14,831 nt of DNA from Chlamydiales bacterium (GTDB lineage: Bacteria > Chlamydiota > Chlamydiia > Chlamydiales > JBDQID01), in contig JBLFWS010000076.1 of NCBI GenBank assembly GCA_047611865.1, positions 1 through 14,831 of the forward strand. Direction: 5' to 3'. This document shows positions 1-7,885 of this stretch, piece after piece (positions within the stretch are counted from its first letter, which is position 1; each line of letters starts with the position of its first letter). The position numbers were made by a program, and so were the translations under genes. The notes below the pieces were generated by a model. It made no database searches. It saw only the letters and a list, made by a program, of their open reading frames with translations, and was not told the DNA's origin.

Positions 1-2
1 CT

Positions 3-1646
3 GAACACAAGTATGATTACGACTCTCGCAATAACCGCCTGAATAAAGATGAAAAAACCTACCAGCATAACCGAGTAGACTCCCTACTTCATGATGGAGC
101 AGCTACGTATTCTTATGACGCTTGTGGAAACTTAACTAAGAAAAAGCTTGGCGACAAAGAAATCAACTACCGTTATGACGCCTTCGATCGACTCATATCC
201 GTAACGGAACATGAATTTCTCGCTGTCCATTATGAATATGATGCCTTCCATAGAAGAACTTCGAAGCATGTCTCCAAATGGAATCATCAAAAATCCTCCT
301 GGGTAAAGACCTCAGACCTTCTTTTCCTTTACCAAGGTGATAATGAGATCGGAGCTAGTGATCTCGACCGCAAGATCATTGAACTTCGGGTTCTGGGCAG
401 CGGAAGAGGTGCTGAAATTGCTGCTGCTGTAGCGATAGAGCTCGACGGACATGTCTACGCTCCCATCCACGACCACCGAGGATCTCTTGCCGCTCTTGTA
501 GACAAAGATATTCAGAATATTGTGGAAAGCTATCGTTATTCCGCTTTCGGCGAAGAAGAAGTTTATGATGAAGAACAAAACCTCATGGAAGATTCCGCCA
601 TTGGCAACCCCTGGCGATATTCGAGTAAGCGTGTGGAAGAGGAAAGCGGCTTAGTGTTTTTCGGAAGACGCTACTACTCCCCCGATATCGGACGGTGGAT
701 TACAACGGACCCCGCAGGTTTTAAAGATGGCCCTAATTTGTATGCTTATGTTGCTGGGAGTCCTTTGAGGTATTTTGATTTGTATGGGTTGAAAACTGAA
801 ACCGAAAACGCTACCTTGAGGGATACCAAATGTGGCCGCACAGTGACCCACGGACGAAATATAAACCTATCAACTAAAAAGGGTGGACGTGTAATTACAC
901 ACCACAATGTCTACACGGACATTACCGGACCTAAAAGTGAAATCAACAAATTACTGGCCCTCGTAAACCCAGCAGGAAATAAACAGGATCGCTTAAATAG
1001 TCGAGCCAATAACTATTACTTAAAATCAGGTAAAGGCGAGACCTCCGATAAAGTTCGGACCATGTTCACCCCGGGACAATTAAGTAGATTAAAAGATGCG
1101 CGAACATTCTCCGAACTAATATCTGGAATGCATGGAGGAAGTAACATCCATACTACAACCAACCCTACCGGGGGATTACTGAACGACCTTGGCGAATCTA
1201 TAGCCTACAGAACTTTTAATATTGAAACGGAAGTTATTGTAGCATTCGTAAATAATGCTCGAAATCTTATCGATGAAATGGGTGGTACTGAAGGTGGAGG
1301 AACTCTCAGAAGCCTTACATTCAGCCAAGGAGCAATAATCGAAAGAGTCGGGTCCGGGCTTATGAGTCACCAAGAAAGACAGATGCTTCAGTGCCATGAT
1401 ATCGCTCCAGGTTGTATCAATTCCACAAAAATGGCAGGCGATGTCACTAGTTACGTATCGAAATTTGATCCAGTTCCTTATACTGACATTCGCGGTATGA
1501 TGAGTTCTAACTCAAATGTACAATTTTTAACACCAGGCCCTGGAGCAATTCCGGGTATGGATCACGGAATATTCAATTCAACTTATAGGCCTGTATGGCA
1601 GGATATTGGATACGAATTCATTAATCAATATGGAACTATACAATGA
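3..1646 (+). CDS. RHS/YD-repeat protein, 5'-truncated by the window edge, with RHS-associated core and a C-terminal alpha/beta-hydrolase-like (DUF687-like) toxin domain
   Basis: Frame +3 is open from position 3 into the track ORF at 522 (EHKYDYDSRNNRL..YSYDACGNL..YRYDAFDRL..YEYDAFHRR..HDHRGS..YRYSAFGE), so 522 is not the true start. Core motif PWRYSSKR..SGLVFFGRRYYSPDIGRWITTDPAG..DGPNLYAYVAGSPLRYFDLYGL ends at 791. The extension (792-1643, 284 aa) contains TFSQG, SKFDPVP and DHG motifs. Confidence 0.93.
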   Translation, partial: EHKYDYDSRNNRLNKDEKTYQHNRVDSLLHDGAATYSYDACGNLTKKKLGDKEINYRYDAFDRLISVTEHEFLAVHYEYDAFHRRTSKHVSKWNHQKSSWVKTSDLLFLYQGDNEIGASDLDRKIIELRVLGSGRGAEIAAAVAIELDGHVYAPIHDHRGSLAALVDKDIQNIVESYRYSAFGEEEVYDEEQNLMEDSAIGNPWRYSSKRVEEESGLVFFGRRYYSPDIGRWITTDPAGFKDGPNLYAYVAGSPLRYFDLYGLKTETENATLRDTKCGRTVTHGRNINLSTKKGGRVITHHNVYTDITGPKSEINKLLALVNPAGNKQDRLNSRANNYYLKSGKGETSDKVRTMFTPGQLSRLKDARTFSELISGMHGGSNIHTTTNPTGGLLNDLGESIAYRTFNIETEVIVAFVNNARNLIDEMGGTEGGGTLRSLTFSQGAIIERVGSGLMSHQERQMLQCHDIAPGCINSTKMAGDVTSYVSKFDPVPYTDIRGMMSSNSNVQFLTPGPGAIPGMDHGIFNSTYRPVWQDIGYEFINQYGTIQ

Positions 1647-2191
1647 TGACTAAACTTCTATTACTAATTATTACCTTTTTATCCCTAACTTCATTTTTAG
1701 GTTTCTTTGAAGAGCCATCTTACATCCAAATGGCTAACCGCATCACTAATTCCTACAATAGAACCCTTAAAAAAAACCACGGTCTTCAAGTAATTGGTTC
1801 TGGCGGTGCCATGATGGACAATGTAAAAAAAATAAATCTGCACTACACTGCTTACAAACGCTTAAGTATTCAAGAAGCAAGAACGCTATATATTGAAGTT
1901 ATTGAAGGCTTGCTGGAAAAAGTAAACACTGACGATAAACTCCGTCCTTTTTTGCATAACTATCCTTTCGAAATAAAAAACCTTGATATCAGTATCCGAT
2001 TTGAAGATTCCCCTGGAACTAGGGTTCCGGAAGACTACGTTGCCTTTATTTTTAATAATAAAGACGAAATCGTTTTCAGTGCATACAGATTGGATCCCGA
2101 TGCTCGGGATAAGATTATTGATGGAAAATACTACCCACTCCACAAAGAAACCTATGAAGAAGCCCTAAGAATTGAGCAAGGTGAGCAATAG
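1643..2191 (+). CDS. Putative immunity protein of the RHS toxin, exported or membrane-anchored (start could be the ATG at 1646)
   Basis: ATGA overlap with the RHS stop codon, 182 aa, N-terminal hydrophobic signal-like segment (KLLLLIITFLSLTSFLGFF). Motifs GSGGAMM..EARTLY..LRPFLHNYPF..NLDISI recall small proteins found downstream of chlamydial RHS genes (recalled, not searched). Confidence 0.75.
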   Translation: MMTKLLLLIITFLSLTSFLGFFEEPSYIQMANRITNSYNRTLKKNHGLQVIGSGGAMMDNVKKINLHYTAYKRLSIQEARTLYIEVIEGLLEKVNTDDKLRPFLHNYPFEIKNLDISIRFEDSPGTRVPEDYVAFIFNNKDEIVFSAYRLDPDARDKIIDGKYYPLHKETYEEALRIEQGEQ

Positions 2192-2269
2192 ACTTAAAAA
2201 ATAATGCAGCCAAAATGGGATGTTTAGGAGATCAATCGCAAACCGGTCTATGAAATAAACCAATTTCTT

Positions 2270-2363
2270 AGCCACGGTAGTGGCTCTCTCTCCAAATAGC
2301 CCCGTGCTTTAGCTCGGGGAATAAACAAAACACATTCCGTGCCACGGCAGTGGCACCTCTCCA
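2270..2363. repeat. Two copies of a palindromic GCCAC-GGYA-GTGGC hairpin 70 bp apart, flanking a third GC-rich hairpin (REP-like cluster)
   Basis: AGCCAC-GGTA-GTGGCT at 2270-2285 and GTGCCAC-GGCA-GTGGCAC at 2339-2356, each followed by CTCTCCA (2288-2294, 2357-2363). CCCCGTGC-TTTA-GCTCGGGG lies between them at 2300-2319. Confidence 0.7.
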
Positions 2364-2500
2364 TCACCACTTATAGATAGAGAGCCTTCATCTCAACGCA
2401 TCACAAAACATTAAAAATATAGAGCAGAAAAAACGCCTTTCCAATATGCTCCCCGGCCTCATCCATTAAATTTTAATTTCAAACAAACATGAGGTTTATC

Positions 2501-3109
2501 ATGAAGAAGCAGCTCCTTCTCTTCGCTTTCATTTTCCAATTAGCATGCAATACTTTAATTCCTTCTCTTATTCATGCTGACGACAATTTAGTATTCAAAC
2601 TTGATAAAAGAACATGGACACCCTCTCCATCAGCTACGGAAGAAAATACCTCTTATGAAATGCTTCTCCTGCCACAAGAAAATGAAGATCTCAAGAGTGA
2701 GCCAGAGGAAACAGTCTTTATACAAAAGCTAGCTTATACAAAGGATACCCTGGCAAATCTAATTCTAGATTTCGCTGAAGTTCAAAAATACCCCTCCACT
2801 GACAAAGTAGAATTCATCCACAAAATACTCAAAGAAACAAAAAACCGACTCATCGTAGAATGGACATCAAAAGATTCATCAGGCAATTCCAGAAAAGGCC
2901 TCACATACTTCTTAAGAAATAAATCTCAAATTTTCTCTGTCCACTATGCCACAAGAATCACTGAAAAGGATGATCGCCACTTCACCAAATGGGTAAAAAT
3001 CCTGAAAAAAGCCCGTATCGCTAAAAGTGACCAAGCTGAAGATTCAAAAAAAGGCCATGGCCCTAGCCGCTTTATTTTCACTAAAGAAGGCATTCACTCT
3101 GTCTCCTAA
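2501..3109 (+). CDS. Secreted hypothetical protein (202 aa)
   Basis: GAGGT SD at 2491-2495 favours the ATG at 2501 over 2489. MKKQLLLFAFIFQLACNTLIPSLIHA looks like a signal peptide. No family recognised with confidence. Confidence 0.8.
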   Translation: MKKQLLLFAFIFQLACNTLIPSLIHADDNLVFKLDKRTWTPSPSATEENTSYEMLLLPQENEDLKSEPEETVFIQKLAYTKDTLANLILDFAEVQKYPSTDKVEFIHKILKETKNRLIVEWTSKDSSGNSRKGLTYFLRNKSQIFSVHYATRITEKDDRHFTKWVKILKKARIAKSDQAEDSKKGHGPSRFIFTKEGIHSVS

Positions 3110-3133
3110 ATATACTTAAAATAAAAGCTCGTC

Positions 3134-3162
3134 TTGACTAGCAATGGAAAATTATGTAGCGT
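3134..3162 (+). promoter_or_regulatory. Putative sigma70-type promoter for iolG
   Basis: TTGACT (3134-3139) - 17 nt - TAGCGT (3157-3162). GGAGGA SD at 3229-3234 precedes the ATG at 3238. Confidence 0.45.
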
Positions 3163-3237
3163 CCCAAAAATCTGAAACCAGCGAAATATGTGCAGTAATA
3201 ATAAAAATCTCTACGGGCATTTGCCATTGGAGGAAAT

Positions 3238-4281
3238 ATGATAAACGTATGCTTATTTGGTGTTGGAAGAATGGGGCAGGATCATGCCCACCATATTCAA
3301 TTAAATCGTAATGCGAATCTATATTGTGTCGTAGATCCTAACATTGCGCTTACAAACACTGTTGCGGAGAAGTACGGAGCTAAGTCGTACTACACGACTG
3401 TTGAAGCTCTTTCAGACCCAAAAATAGACGCTGTCGTTATCGCCAGCAAAACAGACACTCATGCTGACCTCATTATGGCGGCTGCAAGAGCTGGTAAACC
3501 TATTTTCTGTGAAAAGCCTATCGATCTGAGTCTTGAAAAAATCGATGAGTGCCTTGCTGTTGTAGAAGAATGTGGCGTTTCTCTTTTAGTAGGCTTCAAT
3601 CGTCGCTTTGACCCAAGCTATCAATCTCTACGTAAAAGAGTGGTAGAAGGTGACATCGGGACAATTGAATCTCTAGCCATCACCAACCGTGATGCTACCA
3701 TGCCTGACTTGAGCTTTCTCAAAACATCAGGTGGCTTATTTCGGGATATGATGATCCACGATTTTGACATGGCCAGGTGGATTCTGCAGGAAGAAGCTGT
3801 AGAGATCTATGCAACAGGAAGCTGTGTCATAGACAAGCGGCTAGAAGAATTTGGCGATTTAGATACAGGCATGGCCATTCTAAAAATGGAAAGTGGTACT
3901 CTCTGTCACATCAACACCTGCCGTCGTTGCGTCTATGGATATGACCAAAGAATTGAAGCTTTTGGCTCCCTTGGTCTCCTCCGAGCCAATAACCTGGCTC
4001 CAACGACTGTAGAATATGCGACCTCCTCCGGGGTCAGCAAGGACAAACCTTTCCCGGGATTCCGTCAAAGGTTCGCAAAAGCTTACCATAAAGAAATTGA
4101 CCACTTTCTTTCTGACTTGGTAACAGGTAAATATGCCCCTCTTGTTTCCCCACAAGATGCTCGCCAAGCAGTTGTTATTGCAGAAGCTGCACAGCTTTCA
4201 TTTGAACAGGGGATACCCATACAAATCCCTGCACCACTAGCAAAGACCGAGGTCGAGCCTACTGCATTCGTCCTCAATTAA
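3238..4281 (+). CDS. iolG: Myo-inositol 2-dehydrogenase (Gfo/Idh/MocA family)
   Basis: Rossmann GVGRMG, IFCEKPID, GFNRRFDP, SGGLFRDMMIHDFDMARW and YGYDQRIEAFGS are the hallmark motifs of IolG/IdhA. Strong SD. Confidence 0.9.
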   Translation: MINVCLFGVGRMGQDHAHHIQLNRNANLYCVVDPNIALTNTVAEKYGAKSYYTTVEALSDPKIDAVVIASKTDTHADLIMAAARAGKPIFCEKPIDLSLEKIDECLAVVEECGVSLLVGFNRRFDPSYQSLRKRVVEGDIGTIESLAITNRDATMPDLSFLKTSGGLFRDMMIHDFDMARWILQEEAVEIYATGSCVIDKRLEEFGDLDTGMAILKMESGTLCHINTCRRCVYGYDQRIEAFGSLGLLRANNLAPTTVEYATSSGVSKDKPFPGFRQRFAKAYHKEIDHFLSDLVTGKYAPLVSPQDARQAVVIAEAAQLSFEQGIPIQIPAPLAKTEVEPTAFVLN

Positions 4282-4292
4282 AAAAATATACA

Positions 4293-4335
4293 TAGCGGAC
4301 TCGCCACAAATTCAGAGTTTGTGCTAAATCCGCTA
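4293..4335. repeat. 43-bp imperfect palindrome with TA ends (mini-MITE-like or an mRNA stem-loop) between iolG and the permease
   Basis: Left arm TAGCGGACTCGCCACAAATTC (4293-4313) matches the reverse complement of the right arm (4315-4335), TAGCGGATTTAGCACAAACTC, at 16/21 positions with a 1-nt centre. Confidence 0.7.
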
Positions 4336-4384
4336 GAGCAGGGGTTGATTCCCTCCTCCTGAGTTATTCAACAAACGAGTTGAT

Positions 4385-5668
4385 ATGCCAGAACGGAAAA
4401 AATCAAATGGCCCTCATAATCACACTTTGGCTCTTGTTGTGCTTATGGGGGTCTTTTTTATCTGCGGCTTTTCTACCGTCCTTAACGATGTACTAATCCC
4501 CTATCTGCAAAAAAAACTACAATTGACTTATGCCTCTGTCATATTGATACAAAGTAGTTTTTATCTGGCTTACTTCCTTTTCTCTCCTCTTACAGGCTTT
4601 CTTTTTCGCAATAGCGGCTATCTTAAAGGCATCCGTTGGGGCCTAAGCTTCGGAGCATTTGGTACACTACTCATCAGCTCTGCGAGTACATCCCTTTCTT
4701 TTGATCTAATCCTGGTAGGCGTCTTTATCCTTGGAGGAGGCATTGCGATGGTGCAGGTCAGCGCTAACCCCTACGCATTGCAACTAGGTAATGAAAGCTC
4801 CGCAACAAGTAGGCTTTCTCTCACTCAATCTTTTACCTCCGTAGGAACTATATTATCCCCTTACGTGGGCTCTACTTACATTTTATCTACTCTCCATACA
4901 AACCCCGGGGGCTTGGAGTCGGGTATTGTTGAGTCCCCTTTAAAAAAGCCCTACATCGCTTTGGGCTTAGTATGGCTTGCTCTTCTGGGATTTACTTTTC
5001 TTATCCGTCGCACCAAAGACAAAGATGAAAGCTCTCAGGAGACTCTCATACAAAAAAAAGGGCCTCATCCTTTACGAGATTTTATGGTGCTCATTGGTAT
5101 GCTGGGTATTGCAATTTGTGTCGGAGTAGAGGTCGCTGTTGGAAGCTTTCTCATTTCATTTCTTACTGATGCTAATGTAGCTAATATCCCAATGGAGACC
5201 GCAGGCAAATATACTATGCTCTTCTGGCTGGGATTTTTAATGGGTAGAGTAATTGGTAGCTGGATCATGAGGTATGTTCCCCCAGGAAAACTACTCTTTT
5301 TTCACGCATTTGGAGGTTTAGCCTGCACGATCTGTGCGACCTTTTCTTCTGGATTTATAGCTACAGCATCTGTTCTAGCTTTGGGTCTTTGTACCTCGAT
5401 TATGTTCCCGGTAATCTTTGGCCTAGTCCTTTCTTCTTGCAAAGGTCGCAAGAGTGAGGTCTCCGGTTTTCTCTGTATGGCAAATATCGGAGGTGCTGTC
5501 ATCCCTTTTTGCCAAGGAGCTCTAGCTGACGTCATCGGGATACAACACTCTTTCATCATACCTGTCACCTGCTTCATATTTCTGACATTTTATGCCCAAT
5601 ATATGTCGAAAAAACTTAACGAATCCGCTAAGCTCGGTATTTATGCTGGAGGTTTTGGAAATGTTTAG
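4385..5668 (+). CDS. MFS sugar permease, FucP/GluP (fucose/glucose/galactose) family
   Basis: 427 aa with about 12 hydrophobic segments. Family motifs FFICGFSTVLNDVLIP, QSSFYLAYF, QVSANPY, VGVEVAVGSFL, SIMFPVIF and MANIGGAVIP. Confidence 0.9.
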   Translation: MPERKKSNGPHNHTLALVVLMGVFFICGFSTVLNDVLIPYLQKKLQLTYASVILIQSSFYLAYFLFSPLTGFLFRNSGYLKGIRWGLSFGAFGTLLISSASTSLSFDLILVGVFILGGGIAMVQVSANPYALQLGNESSATSRLSLTQSFTSVGTILSPYVGSTYILSTLHTNPGGLESGIVESPLKKPYIALGLVWLALLGFTFLIRRTKDKDESSQETLIQKKGPHPLRDFMVLIGMLGIAICVGVEVAVGSFLISFLTDANVANIPMETAGKYTMLFWLGFLMGRVIGSWIMRYVPPGKLLFFHAFGGLACTICATFSSGFIATASVLALGLCTSIMFPVIFGLVLSSCKGRKSEVSGFLCMANIGGAVIPFCQGALADVIGIQHSFIIPVTCFIFLTFYAQYMSKKLNESAKLGIYAGGFGNV

Positions 5669-6446
5669 AAAATGTACCCTATTTGTCTTCCCTATTCTTT
5701 ATTCTTTACTCTTAGTTCTCTCAACTAATGCTCATGGGTCTGAAATAGATCACTCCCACGCACAATTTGCGGAAATTTTAGAAGTCTACACCATGGATGG
5801 ATTGGTCGATTACAAAAGACTAAAAGAAGAACCCTCACGGCTCGATACCTACCTTAATACTTTGGCAAAGGTCAAAGAAGCTCAGTTTTACTCATGGAAA
5901 GAGAATGAAAAGCTAGCCTATCTAATCAACTTATATAATGCCGCAACTCTCAAGCTGATCATAAAGCACTACCCTGTTGAGAGTATTCGTAAAATTGGCT
6001 GGTTTTGGTTTTATAAAGGTCCCTGGGACCAGAAATTCATCTCTCTATTTGGGAAAAATACAGACCTCAACTTCATCGAACATGACCTGCTTCGGACTAA
6101 ATATTCTGAACCTCGCATTCACTTTGCACTCGTCTGTGCAGCCTTGAGTTGCCCTCAGCTAAGACATGAACCCTACACTGCTGATAAATTAGATTGGCAA
6201 CTCGATGAGCAAGCAAAGCGCTTTTTAAGTAGTTCAGGGAAGAACTTTGTCGATCACCCGGAAAAGAAGATTTTCCTTTCTTCCATATTCACTTGGTTTA
6301 AAGACGATTTTACAAAGGAGGGAAACACTCTACAGAACTATGTTTACCCCTATTTGGAAAATGGAAGCAGTGAAAGCAATGCCCAAGACTATGACGTCGA
6401 ATTTCTAGACTACAACTGGCAACTCAATGAATGGGTCAGGCAATAG
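5661..6446 (+). CDS. DUF547 domain-containing exported protein
   Basis: Motifs GLVDYKRLK, LAYLINLYNAAT, IEHDLLR, EPRIHFALVCAALSCPQL, LSSIFTWFKDDF and YNWQLN. The ATG at 5661 has a GGAGG SD (5648-5652), overlaps the permease stop and gives a signal peptide, so it is preferred over 5592. Confidence 0.88.
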   Translation: MFRKCTLFVFPILYSLLLVLSTNAHGSEIDHSHAQFAEILEVYTMDGLVDYKRLKEEPSRLDTYLNTLAKVKEAQFYSWKENEKLAYLINLYNAATLKLIIKHYPVESIRKIGWFWFYKGPWDQKFISLFGKNTDLNFIEHDLLRTKYSEPRIHFALVCAALSCPQLRHEPYTADKLDWQLDEQAKRFLSSSGKNFVDHPEKKIFLSSIFTWFKDDFTKEGNTLQNYVYPYLENGSSESNAQDYDVEFLDYNWQLNEWVRQ

Positions 6447-6448
6447 TC

Positions 6449-7255
6449 CTAAGTCAAACGATATACTTCTGGCCTTCTGTCCTGAAAAACCTTCATTTTC
6501 TCTCGGACATCGTCCACCATTTCCATGTCGATCGTGGCTGTCAGTAGTTCTTCATCACAATCGTTGCCCTCTATCACAAAGTCACCCCACGGATCAATAA
6601 TGGCAGAGTTACCAAAAAAACGAACGTCTCCTTTTCTGCTAGAATCAGACAAACCCACCTGGTTAGTACTTACCATATAAAGCTGGTTTTCTATCGCTCT
6701 GGCACGTGAAAGAATTCTCCAGTGTTCCAATCTAGGATGTGGAAAAGCAATAGGACACAATATCATCTTCACCCCTTGCAAGGCATAGCTACGAAAAAGC
6801 TCTGGGAAACGAATGTCATAGCATATAGAGAGCCCGACCTTTCCCCAGGGTGTTTCAGCTGTTGCCAGCTCATCCCCTGAGACCATGTGCTTGTCTTCTC
6901 CCACAAAAGAAAATAGATGGACTTTTCGATAGACTGCTGCCCGCTTTCCATCGGGAGAGTACAAAATAGAAGTATTCGCCAATTCTCCTTTGTCATTGAG
7001 AGCAAGCATTGAGCCGTTGATCCATAAGCGAGACTCTCTAGCCATGTCCGCAATCTGCTCAAGAACTTCTTCTTGTTTGATCGCAATCTCTTTATTCCGC
7101 TTCCAATTGAACCCTGTTGTCCACATCTCGGGAAAGACCACCAAGTCTGAATCTCGGTTTATCGCTTCAGCAAGAAACACAGAACCTTTATCGAGATTCT
7201 TATCAGGCTCACCACTGATAACATCCAATTGTGCTAACGAAATCGTAAGTTTCAT
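6449..7255 (-). CDS. Carbon-nitrogen hydrolase (nitrilase superfamily; omega-amidase/Nit-like)
   Basis: Glu-Lys-Cys triad motifs FPEMW, YRKVHLF and ICYDIRFPE, plus ARAIENQ, GNSAIIDPWG and DRRPEVY. The ATG at 7255 has a GGAGAA SD (7261-7266) and is preferred over the TTG at 7312. Confidence 0.92.
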   Translation of the reverse strand: MKLTISLAQLDVISGEPDKNLDKGSVFLAEAINRDSDLVVFPEMWTTGFNWKRNKEIAIKQEEVLEQIADMARESRLWINGSMLALNDKGELANTSILYSPDGKRAAVYRKVHLFSFVGEDKHMVSGDELATAETPWGKVGLSICYDIRFPELFRSYALQGVKMILCPIAFPHPRLEHWRILSRARAIENQLYMVSTNQVGLSDSSRKGDVRFFGNSAIIDPWGDFVIEGNDCDEELLTATIDMEMVDDVREKMKVFQDRRPEVYRLT

Positions 7256-7282
7256 CGTCTTTCTCCAAAGTTCTTTGTAACA

Positions 7283-7312
7283 AGCATACAAAAACATATC
7301 AGGAGGATTCAA
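7283..7312 (-). promoter_or_regulatory. Putative sigma70-type promoter for the nitrilase-family gene
   Basis: Minus strand TTGAAT (7312-7307) - 18 nt - TATGCT (7288-7283), 27 nt upstream of the ATG at 7255. Confidence 0.4.
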
Positions 7313-7348
7313 TATTAGGGGAAAAGAATCTTGACAGAGAGATTTTCT

Positions 7349-7882
7349 CTAGGAGTGAGCCATGTGACTCAATTTATTGAAGTTTAAATATGACTTCGAG
7401 AACAGATAGATGTCGAGATCATTCTTGCCATCATGGATTTTGATCACCTTACGATCTTCATCCATTGAAAGAATGTCACCACTTTTATAACGCTTTCGCT
7501 CAACCATGTCAGGTAAGCATTGGAGCTTTACTTGAACAGCTTTATTAAGAGCATCTTCGAGCCCAATAAGGTTGGGGTTTTTTGTCTCTGTACTTATACA
7601 TCTGTGGTAGCAGAGCCCTCTTTCGTCGGTTGCGTAACCCTCGTATCGAAGCCCTTCAATCCTGTTCTCACAATGAGCTACAAAAGTACATCTTTCTGTA
7701 ATATCGTTTTGTAAAGTGGTCTTAAAAGCAAAATCTCCAAGAGCAGATACTCTATCTACAAGTCTTGTAAAGCCATGCTTTATTCGAGCCCTCTCTTGGC
7801 TCTCGGTAGACTGTGTTCTATATTCTCTAAAAAAGAGTTCATCGAGCCTTTCTCCCGGCCGGGTCTGAAGCCACCTATTCAC
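7349..7882 (-). CDS. Hypothetical protein (177 aa)
   Basis: The GTG start lies 3 nt after the stop of the upstream ORF, suggesting an operon. It fills the gap between neighbours. No recognisable motif. Confidence 0.65.
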   Translation of the reverse strand: MNRWLQTRPGERLDELFFREYRTQSTESQERARIKHGFTRLVDRVSALGDFAFKTTLQNDITERCTFVAHCENRIEGLRYEGYATDERGLCYHRCISTETKNPNLIGLEDALNKAVQVKLQCLPDMVERKRYKSGDILSMDEDRKVIKIHDGKNDLDIYLFSKSYLNFNKLSHMAHS

Positions 7883-7885
7883 TCG

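Noticed and set aside
522..524. ORF-track start of the RHS gene
   Set aside because: The frame is open with YD repeats back to position 3, so the true start lies upstream of the window.
2271..2363. Mini CRISPR array (two palindromic repeats with a CRISPR-like period of 70 bp)
   Set aside because: Only two imperfect copies, the 'spacer' is itself a hairpin, and there are no cas genes in the window.
5592..5660. Longer N-terminus of the DUF547 ORF
   Set aside because: It would overlap the permease by 77 bp. The ATG at 5661 has an SD and yields a proper signal peptide.
7256..7312. TTG-start extension of the nitrilase-family ORF
   Set aside because: The family fold starts at MKLTISLAQ, the ATG at 7255 has an SD, and the extension coincides with a promoter-like sequence.
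7331..7336. Perfect TTGACA on the + strand
   Set aside because: No -10 element at proper spacing and no + strand gene downstream.
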